This document shows positions 21,165 to 29,717 of a stretch of 64,000 nt of DNA, in pieces (position 1 is the stretch's first letter; each line of letters opens with the position of its first letter). Both the position numbers and the translations under genes were made by a program. The stretch covers positions 576,001 to 640,000 of the forward strand of contig CAVOYH010000004.1 in the NCBI GenBank assembly GCA_963700635.1, given 5' to 3'. Source of the DNA: an uncultured Bacteroidota bacterium (GTDB lineage Bacteria > Bacteroidota > Ignavibacteria > UBA10030 > UBA6906). A model generated the notes under the pieces. It had not been told where the DNA came from. It saw only the letters and a program-made list of their open reading frames with translations, and did not search any database.

Positions 21165-22677
21165 CTACCGCGCCGGGGGGTCGGATTCCTCGCGGGACAG
21201 CACGTATCCCCGCAATTCTGGCTCACGCTCGCGCACAAGAGAGACCGCTGTTGCGCGGGCGACGTTCCAGGTGCGGATATCCTCTCCATGCGCCGTGTTT
21301 GCATACTGCTGCAAAAGTCTCTCGGCCAGGGCACTCCGATGTATCGCCTCCATAGTCGGGAGGGCATCGAGAAATACCGGCACCGCGTCCGCGCTCAGTC
21401 TGAAGGTGTACTGCGGATCGAACTTCCCGTCGGCGACCATTCGAGTCATGTTCACGCGGGCAACGAGCGCATCGGGGTTCACAGCGTTCATCCCCAGGAG
21501 AATCATGTATCCTGAAAGTGCAATAGCAAAGGGAAGCAGGTTTCGCTTACCCCGGAGAACTGTTGCGCAGAAAAGGAGAAGGGTCAGCGCGATCCAGATG
21601 AGGATCGCAGCGGCATGAACACGCGAAGTCGTCAGCCCGTAGGCGTCCATGTAGAGAGAGAGTCTGTGCATCGCCGAGACGAGCATCACGCCGAGGAGGG
21701 CTACCATCACGATCGAGAGAGCACGAATAAGCCGGCGGTCTCGTGCATGCTCGCCATGGAAGAGCCAGTCGGCAGTTACGAGAAGGGGAAGGCTTAGGGC
21801 TGCAACGGTGATCAGTTGAAAGAAACCGCGGCGGGCATACTCCGCATAGGTAAGCGCCGGCGTGCCCAGGACCGTGTCGTGGCCTCCGAAGAAGTAGGAG
21901 ATCTGGAGCACGACGAACGTTCCGAACAGCACATTCAGCGATCCGAGGACAATGGTGATCTCCGTTGCCCCGAGTGTGATCCGACGGGGGAAGAGAGTAG
22001 CGGGCAACACGGATTCCGTGGCAAAGAATCGACCGCGCAACCAACCACCGATGATCCAGCTAAGAAAGGCGATAAGAGCGGCGTGGCCCAGAAGCGTCAT
22101 GATATTGATCCTGAGGACCTCAGTGATCAGATATTCAAATTTCGCGTCGGCAGCCGTAAGCAGCGATCCGAACACCAGCAGGGCCGGAACGGCCAGTGCG
22201 ATCCCGAGCCACACGCGACCCCGACGCGTAAGCCGGGCTTCTCCCTCTCCGCGATCCGGCGCGAAGGTCGTGGAGGAGAAGAAAGACGAACCCTATGCCG
22301 GCGTGGATAATCTGATTTAGCAGTTGGTGGAGATGGTCAAAGAATGTCATGCGCAGGAGATCTCCCGGGCGCTTTCGCGCTGTCACCAGGAGTGCGGCAG
22401 TAATCGTCGCCAGGAAGTTGAACGCGGTCAGATCGGGAGAGTCGCGCCACGAAAAGCAGGCAGCACTCAGAAGGCCCAGGCCGGCGATCGGCCAGGCCTC
22501 AATCGGTATGGGGTCATGCAGCCGGTGGCTGAGGAAGCCGATTCCGGCAAAAAGGAGAAACGCAGCCGCGGTGAAGTTGAGGCCCCAGGGCTCAGCTCTG
22601 AAGATGATATCTCCCGTCACTGCCAGAAGGAGCGTGGTAAGGAGCAGGGAACGGGCTGCAGCGGAATGTGGTGCCAT
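21165..22677 (-). CDS. DUF4153/DUF4173 membrane protein (frameshift near 22220-22270)
   Basis: YAEYARRGFFQL, RLSLYMDAYGLT, LSADAVP motifs; N-terminal part in ORF 22135..22677. Confidence 0.8.
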
Positions 22678-22707
22678 GGTTTTTTGCCTTTAGTGTTAAA
22701 TGTCAGA

Positions 22708-22728
22708 GTACTTTGTGTCACAAAGGTT
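22708..22728. promoter_or_regulatory. Palindromic operator GTACTTTG-N5-CAAAG upstream of the DUF4153 gene
   Basis: Matches the perfect palindrome at 23683-23703. Confidence 0.65.
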
Positions 22729-22745
22729 ATGGACAAAAAAAGAGA

Positions 22746-23045
22746 TCACTGCGCGCTCCGGATCACTTTCTCCAGCCCCTTCAGGTGGTCCTGGAACGCC
22801 CTGCGGCCGGCCTCGGTGACCAGGTACGAAGTCTGGGGCTTCCGGTTAACAAACTCCTTTTTCACCTTCACGTAACGGTGCTCCTCCAGGACCTTGAGAT
22901 GGCTGGCGAGATTTCCGTCGGTGGCGCCGAGCACTGACCGGAGTGTTGTGAAATCTTTCGGATCTCCCACGAGGAGGACCGACATGATTCCCAGCCGGAC
23001 CCGGTTCTCGAAGACCGGGTTGAGTTGTGCAATGACGGTGTTCAC
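22746..23045 (-). CDS. Winged-HTH (MarR/ArsR-like, HTH_34) transcriptional regulator
   Basis: FENRVRLGIMSVL...TDGNLASHLKVLEE...KPQTSY; GTG start overlaps the stop of the upstream gene. Confidence 0.88.
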   Translation of the reverse strand: MNTVIAQLNPVFENRVRLGIMSVLLVGDPKDFTTLRSVLGATDGNLASHLKVLEEHRYVKVKKEFVNRKPQTSYLVTEAGRRAFQDHLKGLEKVIRSAQ

Positions 23046-23668
23046 TGGCGGTACTTCCGGAAGAAGAGACTCCCGTAGACAATGTGGACCGCGCCGAACC
23101 CCGCGGCCCAGAAGTATAGTCCGAACTCCGGAAAGACCGCGGCAGTAAGGCCGAGGAGAATCTCGATCACTCCCAGCGTCCTCACCTCTCCGAACGTAAA
23201 CGACCCGGCGCTGAAGATCCCAAGCCCGTAGAAGAGGAGCATTGACGGAACAACTGGCCAGAGCGGACCGTGATAGAACAGCAGCAGCGTCATGATAGCA
23301 CCAACCACAATGGGCACTGCGAATGAAAGCACCAGGTGCCGCATCACGGTCCCGTTCACGGCCTCTGCGTTCTTCCGGATGATCCGCCGTGAGAAGAACC
23401 ACGCTATTGCCAGCGCCAGCACGAGCACCACAACGCCAAGCAGTATGAGGTTGATCCGTGTGTCGGGCGTCAGGTCGGCCGCCGTTGCGCTGTGAGTAAG
23501 CGCAACTCCATCCGCAGTGAACATCATCCAGGCTGCCCAGGCGCCCAGCAGGGCGACCAAGCCCGCGCCTATCCCGGCAAATCCGCTTAGGGAGATGAAT
23601 TTTGTGGAGCGCTCCATGATGGAGCGGATCTCGGCAATGTCCCGGAGTCCGGAGTTGACGTCTGTCAT
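23042..23668 (-). CDS. Conserved membrane protein encoded upstream of the wHTH regulator
   Basis: DIAEIRSIMERSTKFISLSG...GFGAVHIVYG; about 6 TM segments. Confidence 0.8.
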   Translation of the reverse strand: MTDVNSGLRDIAEIRSIMERSTKFISLSGFAGIGAGLVALLGAWAAWMMFTADGVALTHSATAADLTPDTRINLILLGVVVLVLALAIAWFFSRRIIRKNAEAVNGTVMRHLVLSFAVPIVVGAIMTLLLFYHGPLWPVVPSMLLFYGLGIFSAGSFTFGEVRTLGVIEILLGLTAAVFPEFGLYFWAAGFGAVHIVYGSLFFRKYRQ

Positions 23669-23682
23669 AGTGTTCCCTTAAA

Positions 23683-23703
23683 GTACTTTGCGCTACAAAG
23701 TAC
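23683..23703. promoter_or_regulatory. Perfect palindromic operator GTACTTTG-CGCTA-CAAAGTAC
   Basis: 8-bp perfect inverted repeat about 15 bp upstream of the operon start codon. Confidence 0.75.
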
Positions 23704-23829
23704 AATGTTGGAAGTTCAAAGTCAAGGAAAATATTGACTCGTTTTCCTCAAGCCTCCGGATTGGTCTGGCGACGAGTGTACTTTCAACCAAAGGAGTGTG
23801 GGCTGTTCGGGCGGGTCATCCGTATTCCC

Positions 23830-24333
23830 TCAATCAGGTACAATCTCCTCGATGATCTCCTCGATAATGGGGTACTTCGGATTGTCATTGAAGCGAACTC
23901 TGTAGAGATGCCCCCTGTGGACTTCGGATTCTATCCTGAGTGATGTGTAGGCATGGTGTTTTGAGACATAGGTCTTCTCCGTTTGCGAATACACCTCAAA
24001 GAACACCTTTGACTTCTGAGATGGGCCTCCATAGCTGGAACCCTTTCGATAGATCCTGACTGTCTCAATTTGGCCCTTCGCCGGGTAGAGACTCGAAGAA
24101 GTGCCGCGTAATCTCGAGCGCCCAACTTTCCCCGATTGGAATCCGCGATCGCGTACTCGCCACTCCATCCTTTGGTTGGTTGTTTCTGCAAAACCGATCT
24201 GTAAGATTGTCTCGGGTTCTTTGTCGCTCGTATCTGGGTATTCAACGATGGCCGCAATCCCGCCGACTCCACCTGGGTTTCGGTATGCAGATCCATCGAT
24301 ATGTATTTTCAGTGCGTACGGATCGTATGCCAT
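23830..24333 (-). pseudogene. RNase H-like gene with internal deletion
   Basis: IHIDGSAYRNPGGVGG and TTNQRME motifs, after which the RNase H core is missing. Confidence 0.6.
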
Positions 24334-24439
24334 GCGAAACAGATACGGAAAACTTCAGATATCTGTCCGCTTTCTGCGTGGCAGGTATACCCATTCCGGG
24401 TAGACGGGTAAACGACAAGTCAATTCGATGAGCCGGGGC

Positions 24440-24565
24440 TTGACTATCGCCCACGGTTTTCCTACACTGTCCGCACACACACGCGTCCCCGGAATGGAAG
24501 CGTGATGGAGAAATGTGCAAAGGCCCCTTCTGTCTGGAATGACGGGGGGCCTTTCTGCTTTATTG
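24440..24565 (+). ncRNA. Candidate sRNA of about 85-90 nt (promoter plus intrinsic terminator, no ORF)
   Basis: TTGACT(24440)-17 nt-TACACT(24463); hairpin CACGC..GCGTG; terminator AAAGGCCCC...GGGGCCTTT followed by a T-rich tail. Confidence 0.5.
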
Positions 24566-24609
24566 ATACGCGTTGCGAGCACAGGATGCGTGTGCCATGA
24601 ATCGACCCG

Positions 24610-24638
24610 TGAAACTCGGCCCAAGATTGCGTAGGCAA
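24610..24638. mobile_element. Isolated IS3-family-like terminal repeat scar
   Basis: TGAAACTCGGCCCAAGATTGCGTAGGCA resembles the IS end at 30715. Confidence 0.5.
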
Positions 24639-24781
24639 AGTTTTCAAAAGGGAAAAATCGAGATCAATATTAGTACACGAACCGGGGGCAGCTCAAAGTC
24701 CACGCTTGGGCTCTCAGATTCACTGGAGAGATCTATCGATACCAAGGAATCTGAACCCATCCAAGGGTCACAGTTGGCGCA

Positions 24782-24906
24782 TTCTAACCCACGTCTGCAC
24801 CTGGCGCCGGGTTGATGCGAGTCGTCACCGTAGTCATTTGTAGGTTCTGGCAGGGCTTCCAATTCGACATTCGTTTCGAGGAGCAGGTAGGGCGCGACCG
24901 TTAGGC
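24782..24906 (+). repeat. attC-like integron cassette recombination site
   Basis: TTCTAAC...CACCTG...CATTCGTTTCG...GCAGGTAGGGCGCGACC-GTTAGGC (R''/L''/L'/R' arrangement). Confidence 0.65.
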
Positions 24907-24941
24907 AGCAACGCACTGACTCACACCACAAATGAGGTGCC

Positions 24942-25538
24942 GTGATGATTGAATGGTTTGCAGCCCAACCTTGGGTAACAGGCGTCGTCACATTCTTCTT
25001 GATGTGGAGTGATTGGTTGCTTACCATCGGCCAGGAACGCGAGCGTCAACTGCACTATTCCGAGCACTATGAAAGTTATCCGATCAACACCATTGAAGGA
25101 AACCCTCTGTATCAGAAAGCGGTGTTGGCCCGGCGAATCGTCGATCCCAGGCATATTGTTCCGGCGGCAATTCTTAGTGTGGTTGTGGCATTGGGACTGG
25201 TGTGGATCCCGGAGCAGTTTCGTGTGCTGTTGATCGGTTACGTCTGGGGATTATACCTCATCGTGATCACAACTCATTTAGGCAATCTCCTGGGCTATAG
25301 AGCCGCTCGTCGCGGGCTTCACGGCAAGCTCTATCTCCATCTGCGCACCGGGTACATCATTCAGATGGGTCGTTATGTTGCTCTGGCTATCTTCCTGATC
25401 GTGATGGCGATATGCTCGGCCTCCATGTTCATGCTGGGCGTTGCGATAGCGGGAATATCTTCAGCAGCCCGACAGCTGGCGGGGTTGCGAAGGACGCCTG
25501 CGATCGACCCCTCAGATTCAGCCCCCACATCCGCATAA
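24942..25538 (+). CDS. Hypothetical membrane protein (cassette-like gene)
   Basis: 198 aa, about 5 TM segments, GAGG RBS, directly after the attC-like site. Confidence 0.7.
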   Translation: MMIEWFAAQPWVTGVVTFFLMWSDWLLTIGQERERQLHYSEHYESYPINTIEGNPLYQKAVLARRIVDPRHIVPAAILSVVVALGLVWIPEQFRVLLIGYVWGLYLIVITTHLGNLLGYRAARRGLHGKLYLHLRTGYIIQMGRYVALAIFLIVMAICSASMFMLGVAIAGISSAARQLAGLRRTPAIDPSDSAPTSA

Positions 25539-25649
25539 GAGAATTAATCGGTCGACGGGGTCAGGCTCTGCACACTTCTGCAGTTTCACGGCGGCAACTG
25601 GATGCGCGCACAAAAATGGTGTTCGCCAACCGGCTCACTGAGGGTTGTT

Positions 25650-25680
25650 GCCTAACCCCCGCCTCTACCTGACTCCACGC
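25650..25680 (+). repeat. Truncated attC-like site (left half only)
   Basis: GCCTAAC-CCCCG-CCTCTACCTGAC, cut off by the composite repeat starting near 25690. Confidence 0.45.
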
Positions 25681-25689
25681 TGAATGAGT

Positions 25690-26010
25690 AAAACAAAATG
25701 CCCCGATGTCTGGGGCATTGTCTTATCACGCCCTCGCCTTTTGAAGCAAAAGTAATATCTGCAATCAAGTCAATCGTGCGATGTGCACGTATCTCTCACG
25801 TGTTCGACACTTCAGGACCCTGAGCAGGTTTTGAAAGAACATGTCACCCGCTCGAATGAAAGCTGCCCACCGAAAACAAAAATGCCCGAATCAAATTGAT
25901 TCAGGCACTTTCTGCGGGGCGGACGGGGGTCTCACAGAACCCTCATGGTGCTGACAATCGTTCATTCCGGGCCGAGATAGGCAGTCAGGGCGAACCCACG
26001 AGGCAGTTGA
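25690..26010. repeat. Copy 1 of the composite att-like repeat containing the tRNA-Asp 3' end (core 25914-25927)
   Basis: 25872-26010 matches 28669-28807 with one mismatch; 25690-25950 is similar to 30847-31120; core GCGGGGCGGACGGG equals 36325-36338. Confidence 0.9.
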
Positions 26011-26046
26011 ACCTGAATCCAAAACGATGTACCTTTTCTTCTGACC

Positions 26047-26616
26047 ATGCCATCTCTTTATATCATAGGAGGTCCGAACGGTGCGGGGAAGACAACCCTC
26101 GCAAGGACATTGTTGCCAGAGTATCTTAAAGTGGTGAACTTCGTGAATGCAGATTCCATTGCAGGCGGGCTTTCAGCGTACGATCCAGAATCTGTTGCGA
26201 TCGAAGCAGGGAGGATAATGCTGCGACGCATCCATGAACTCGCGGATTCGAAACAGGACTTCGCGTTTGAGACGACTCTTGCCTCGAAATACTTCATCCA
26301 ATTCGTGCAGGATGTCAAGCGCGATGGATACTCGGTAACGCTCATCTATGTTTGGCTGAAATCGGTGAATTTAGCGCTGCGGCGCATACGCCACCGTGTG
26401 TCCCTCGGCGGACACAACGTTCCCAAGGACGTGGTCCGTCGCCGGTACGAGCGGGGAATTGCGAACCTTCGTTCCAGCTACATTTCCCTTGCGGACGCAT
26501 GGTATGTTTTCGATAATTCAGCTCCAGCACCAGTACTTATAGCAGAACGGCAGTTGAGTAGCGAGCCGGTGGTGTATCAGGATCCAGTCTGGAAGAAGCT
26601 CTGGGAGGGTGTATGA
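26047..26616 (+). CDS. Zeta-toxin-like / AAA_33 P-loop ATPase
   Basis: GGPNGAGKTT, FVNADSIA, FAFETTL, RVSLGGHNVP, FDNS. Confidence 0.88.
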   Translation: MPSLYIIGGPNGAGKTTLARTLLPEYLKVVNFVNADSIAGGLSAYDPESVAIEAGRIMLRRIHELADSKQDFAFETTLASKYFIQFVQDVKRDGYSVTLIYVWLKSVNLALRRIRHRVSLGGHNVPKDVVRRRYERGIANLRSSYISLADAWYVFDNSAPAPVLIAERQLSSEPVVYQDPVWKKLWEGV

Positions 26617-26792
26617 CAAAGCAGCAACGCAAGATACGGGAGCTCATCATCGAGGGTGTAAAGGAATCTGTCGCAAGGGCTCTGGAGCGTCATAAGAAAT
26701 TGGGTGAATCGGTGGCGGTCTGGAAGGATGGGAAAGTGGTGATGCTCAAACCAAGCCAGATACCTTCCCGGCCGCGCCGTCAATGCAAATAG
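26613..26792 (+). CDS. Small partner protein of the zeta-like ATPase (putative antitoxin)
   Basis: MTKQQRKIRELIIEGVKESVARALERHKKLGESVAVWKDGKVVML..., 59 aa, ATGA overlap with the ATPase stop; below the ORF-track length cutoff. Confidence 0.75.
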   Translation: MTKQQRKIRELIIEGVKESVARALERHKKLGESVAVWKDGKVVMLKPSQIPSRPRRQCK

Positions 26793-26825
26793 GCGCGTGT
26801 TGCTTCTTGAAGTTAAAGGTGGCAG

Positions 26826-27164
26826 TTGGCTCGATTTCGGGGGCAGGTCAGGGTGGTCACGTTGGATGGGTATGAGGGGCTGTGGGCGTCGCCAACCATA
26901 GTCTTATCAGGCGCCATTGGATGGTACATTCCGATCAGCCAGGCAGTGACGTTTCGTCCAATCCTCGGTCTTGGAGACTTCGGGTTTGGGGGCTTTCCAT
27001 ATGGGCCCATGGCGATATTCACTGTGCACCTCGGGATGTGGGTGGAGGCGCGAGTCTCGGATCGTTTGTCCGTGGCAGGGAAAGTGGGCAAACGATTCGA
27101 CATCACGTATAGAAACTATTCCGATTGGGAGATTGGCGCAGGCATCCGATTGAGCCTTGAGTAA
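26826..27164 (+). pseudogene. 3' fragment of an outer-membrane beta-barrel-like gene
   Basis: Alternating beta-strand pattern ending WEIGAGIRLSLE; no signal peptide; followed by an attC-like site. Confidence 0.45.
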
Positions 27165-27183
27165 TCTTCGGGTGTGATGCGCT

Positions 27184-27324
27184 CCCTAACCCGCCTGTGC
27201 CTGACGCTGTGTCTGGGGCACCGGGGTTGGGCACTTCGTCACACGGGGGTTTTCGGTTAGAAGAATACAACAGCGTTTCCAACTCAGCATTCGTTTCGCG
27301 GCGTGGGAAATCGCAACGATAGGG
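27184..27324 (+). repeat. Degenerate attC-like site
   Basis: CCCTAAC..CCTGTGCCTGACGC...GCATTCGTTTCGCGGCG...GATAGGG. Confidence 0.55.
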
Positions 27325-27350
27325 GGCACGCCTTAGAGGGGCGCGACAAA

Positions 27351-27914
27351 ATGAGCATACGATCTCGGCTGGTCTGCAGTTTTGTCCTCCTTGTCGGCGG
27401 GACATGCTTCGCGCAGTCCGCGAGGTCGACGGGTTCGGACTCGGTGAAGGTTTATTCTCGTAGCCCGGTCCGATGGGATGTATCGTTTCGAAGCGTCGAT
27501 GTGGATGTCGCGACGTTGATATTCAGCTACTCTGCGTCAGGATCTATCGATGTGGATTTCGTCAACCTCACGAAGGAATCGACTGGCAAGGTGGGCCTTC
27601 GCTTGGGTGCTGAGTGGGTGGGAACCGGCGGTGCGGGCGGCGACCGAAACTTCTACCACGACCTAAATGCACTTCTACGGATTAGCGCAGCTGGGGACCG
27701 GGGCCGCTTCGACATATTGCTTGGAACTTGTGTTCGCGGCCGCGACACGTGGGGATTTGGGCCATCGAATGAACTTGCATCCAAGATAGGAGTAGAGGTT
27801 CGGTTGAACATCGTCAGCAACTATCTCGGCTTGCTAGGGAAGGTGAGCATTTCGGAAAGGTTGACCTTTGTTGGGGTCGGTCTCTTTCTTGGTTATGACT
27901 CGTGGCAGCGATAG
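27351..27914 (+). CDS. Secreted beta-rich (probable outer-membrane) protein
   Basis: Signal peptide MSIRSRLVCSFVLLVGGTCFA; terminal strand FVGVGLFLGY. Confidence 0.65.
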   Translation: MSIRSRLVCSFVLLVGGTCFAQSARSTGSDSVKVYSRSPVRWDVSFRSVDVDVATLIFSYSASGSIDVDFVNLTKESTGKVGLRLGAEWVGTGGAGGDRNFYHDLNALLRISAAGDRGRFDILLGTCVRGRDTWGFGPSNELASKIGVEVRLNIVSNYLGLLGKVSISERLTFVGVGLFLGYDSWQR

Positions 27915-27920
27915 CGTGCC

Positions 27921-28047
27921 CCCTAACCAATGCCTGTGCCTGACGCCGCATCTGGCGCACCGGGGTCGTCACCGAACCATATATAGATGTTGGTATGCCT
28001 GCCATTATGCATTCGTTTCGCGGCGCAGGTAAGGCGCGACAGTGTAG
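27921..28047 (+). repeat. Degenerate attC-like site
   Basis: CCCTAAC-CAATG-CCTGTGCCTGACGCCGC pairs with GCGGCGCAGGTAAGG leaving extrahelical bases; R' decayed. Confidence 0.6.
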
Positions 28048-28071
28048 TCTTCGAGAAGGAAACCAGTCACA

Positions 28072-28602
28072 GTGAACCAACGATCATGGTGGGGTCGTCT
28101 CAGAGTAATCAAACTTTGGAGAATCGTTCTTCTTGGGAGTTCTCTGGCGTTCAGTGGTTGTACGACTTACTACCACGTTTCTGAGACCGACGATCACAAG
28201 CCGGGACGTGTTAGTCTAGAAGAGTTTGCAGAGGAAAGTAGGGGGCGTCACGTTGAAATGGAATTGTCGGACGGTTCCCTACACTATGGAGTCAATTTGG
28301 AAGTTACAACGGGACACACTCAATGGCGCGATTCGCTGACTGGGGCGGTGAGGCGTATTGCAAATGACAGTGTGAAAATTGTTTCATGGAAGAGCTGGTC
28401 GCGAGGTATGATCGACGGTCTGTTGCTGGGTGTTTCTGGAGGATTCCTTTCAATGCTCAGTTTCGTGGGCGCTCCCCCCTATGCATTAATTGCTTGGCCA
28501 TATGTTCTGACGGGAGTCCCAGCAATTGGAGCGGTCATTGGTGCGTGTGTTGCCCACACGTATCGCTACCGTATCGGGTCGCAGGCGGCCTCAAAGAAGT
28601 GA
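28072..28602 (+). CDS. Putative lipoprotein with C-terminal glycine-zipper helices
   Basis: Lipobox LAFSGC; GLLLGVSGG and GAVIGA. The start codon is uncertain. Confidence 0.65.
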   Translation: MNQRSWWGRLRVIKLWRIVLLGSSLAFSGCTTYYHVSETDDHKPGRVSLEEFAEESRGRHVEMELSDGSLHYGVNLEVTTGHTQWRDSLTGAVRRIANDSVKIVSWKSWSRGMIDGLLLGVSGGFLSMLSFVGAPPYALIAWPYVLTGVPAIGAVIGACVAHTYRYRIGSQAASKK

Positions 28603-28668
28603 GCAAAGAGGACCAAGCACCATCATGGATGATCCGGGCAGCGGCCGCACATGATGCCACACTTATGG

Positions 28669-28807
28669 GAAAACAAAAATGCCCGAATCAAATTGACTCA
28701 GGCACTTTCTGCGGGGCGGACGGGGGTCTCACAGAACCCTCATGGTGCTGACAATCGTTCATTCCGGGCCGAGATAGGCAGTCAGGGCGAACCCACGAGG
28801 CAGTTGA
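28669..28807. repeat. Copy 2 of the att-like repeat (core 28711-28724)
   Basis: 139 bp, one mismatch to 25872-26010. Confidence 0.9.
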
Positions 28808-28928
28808 GGAAATTCAGGGGGATATGACGCCCCGTGGGTGGGGAAAGGCAAATGTTTTACGAGTCTGTGACACAAAAGCCCGCTTACGTGAGTATCTTCC
28901 CCACAGAGAAATGGGAAAGGGGCATGAA

Positions 28929-29612
28929 ATGAAAGCGTATATCCTCTGGTGTTTACTTGGTGCGACAATGCTCTCCGGCTGCTTCTGGGGCCACATTGAG
29001 AGATCTCAGACTCTGACCAAAGAAAATGCCACGTCTCTTGTGGGGAAAGAGGCAACGGTCATGCTGACAGACTCTGTCGAGCACGAGGCCAGCATTCTTG
29101 AGATCACCACCGACTCCGTTGTGCTCAATGTCGCGGACTCCAACCTGCACATTCCCCTGACAAACATCGAATCCATTCTCATTCAAGGTTCAACTCTAGG
29201 CCGGGCCGGTGGAGCCTTCGTCGGTAGTATGGCAGTATATGTAGTGGGCTTCGCGAACATGAGTTCATCAAACATGTTTTCGACCCATACGCATAGGACC
29301 GAGGATTGGGTCTGGATTACCGCTATACTCCTCGCAACGAATGGCGGAGCCCTCATTGGTGAGTACGCCGTAACCCCTAACTGGAGATACATCGTTTCTC
29401 CAATGAAATCAGGAGGGCTTCCTGAAATCAAAAAGTGGGGCGGAACAGATCCCCGCTACGTGCTGGAGGTCGAGAAATTCCCTACGGAAACCGATTCGAC
29501 CGTAACCATTCCCTGGCAGGGGAAGGAGGTGACACTGCCGAAGGCGGAGATCACCATTGAGAAGCATGAGGGGGGATTCCGAATCACGGTACCGATGCGA
29601 CTGTTGCAGTAG
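28929..29612 (+). CDS. Putative lipoprotein with glycine-zipper helices
   Basis: MKAYILWCLLGATMLSGC lipobox; GGAFVG and GGALIG. Confidence 0.75.
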   Translation: MKAYILWCLLGATMLSGCFWGHIERSQTLTKENATSLVGKEATVMLTDSVEHEASILEITTDSVVLNVADSNLHIPLTNIESILIQGSTLGRAGGAFVGSMAVYVVGFANMSSSNMFSTHTHRTEDWVWITAILLATNGGALIGEYAVTPNWRYIVSPMKSGGLPEIKKWGGTDPRYVLEVEKFPTETDSTVTIPWQGKEVTLPKAEITIEKHEGGFRITVPMRLLQ

Positions 29613-29717
29613 AATGATCGGCTATGGTATAGTCCACCGAATGTGAGGCGGATACCCCTGGGAGGCGATGTACCGATCTCATTTTGAGCTGTCCCAAAGA
29701 TGAGATAGGCGTCGTCC

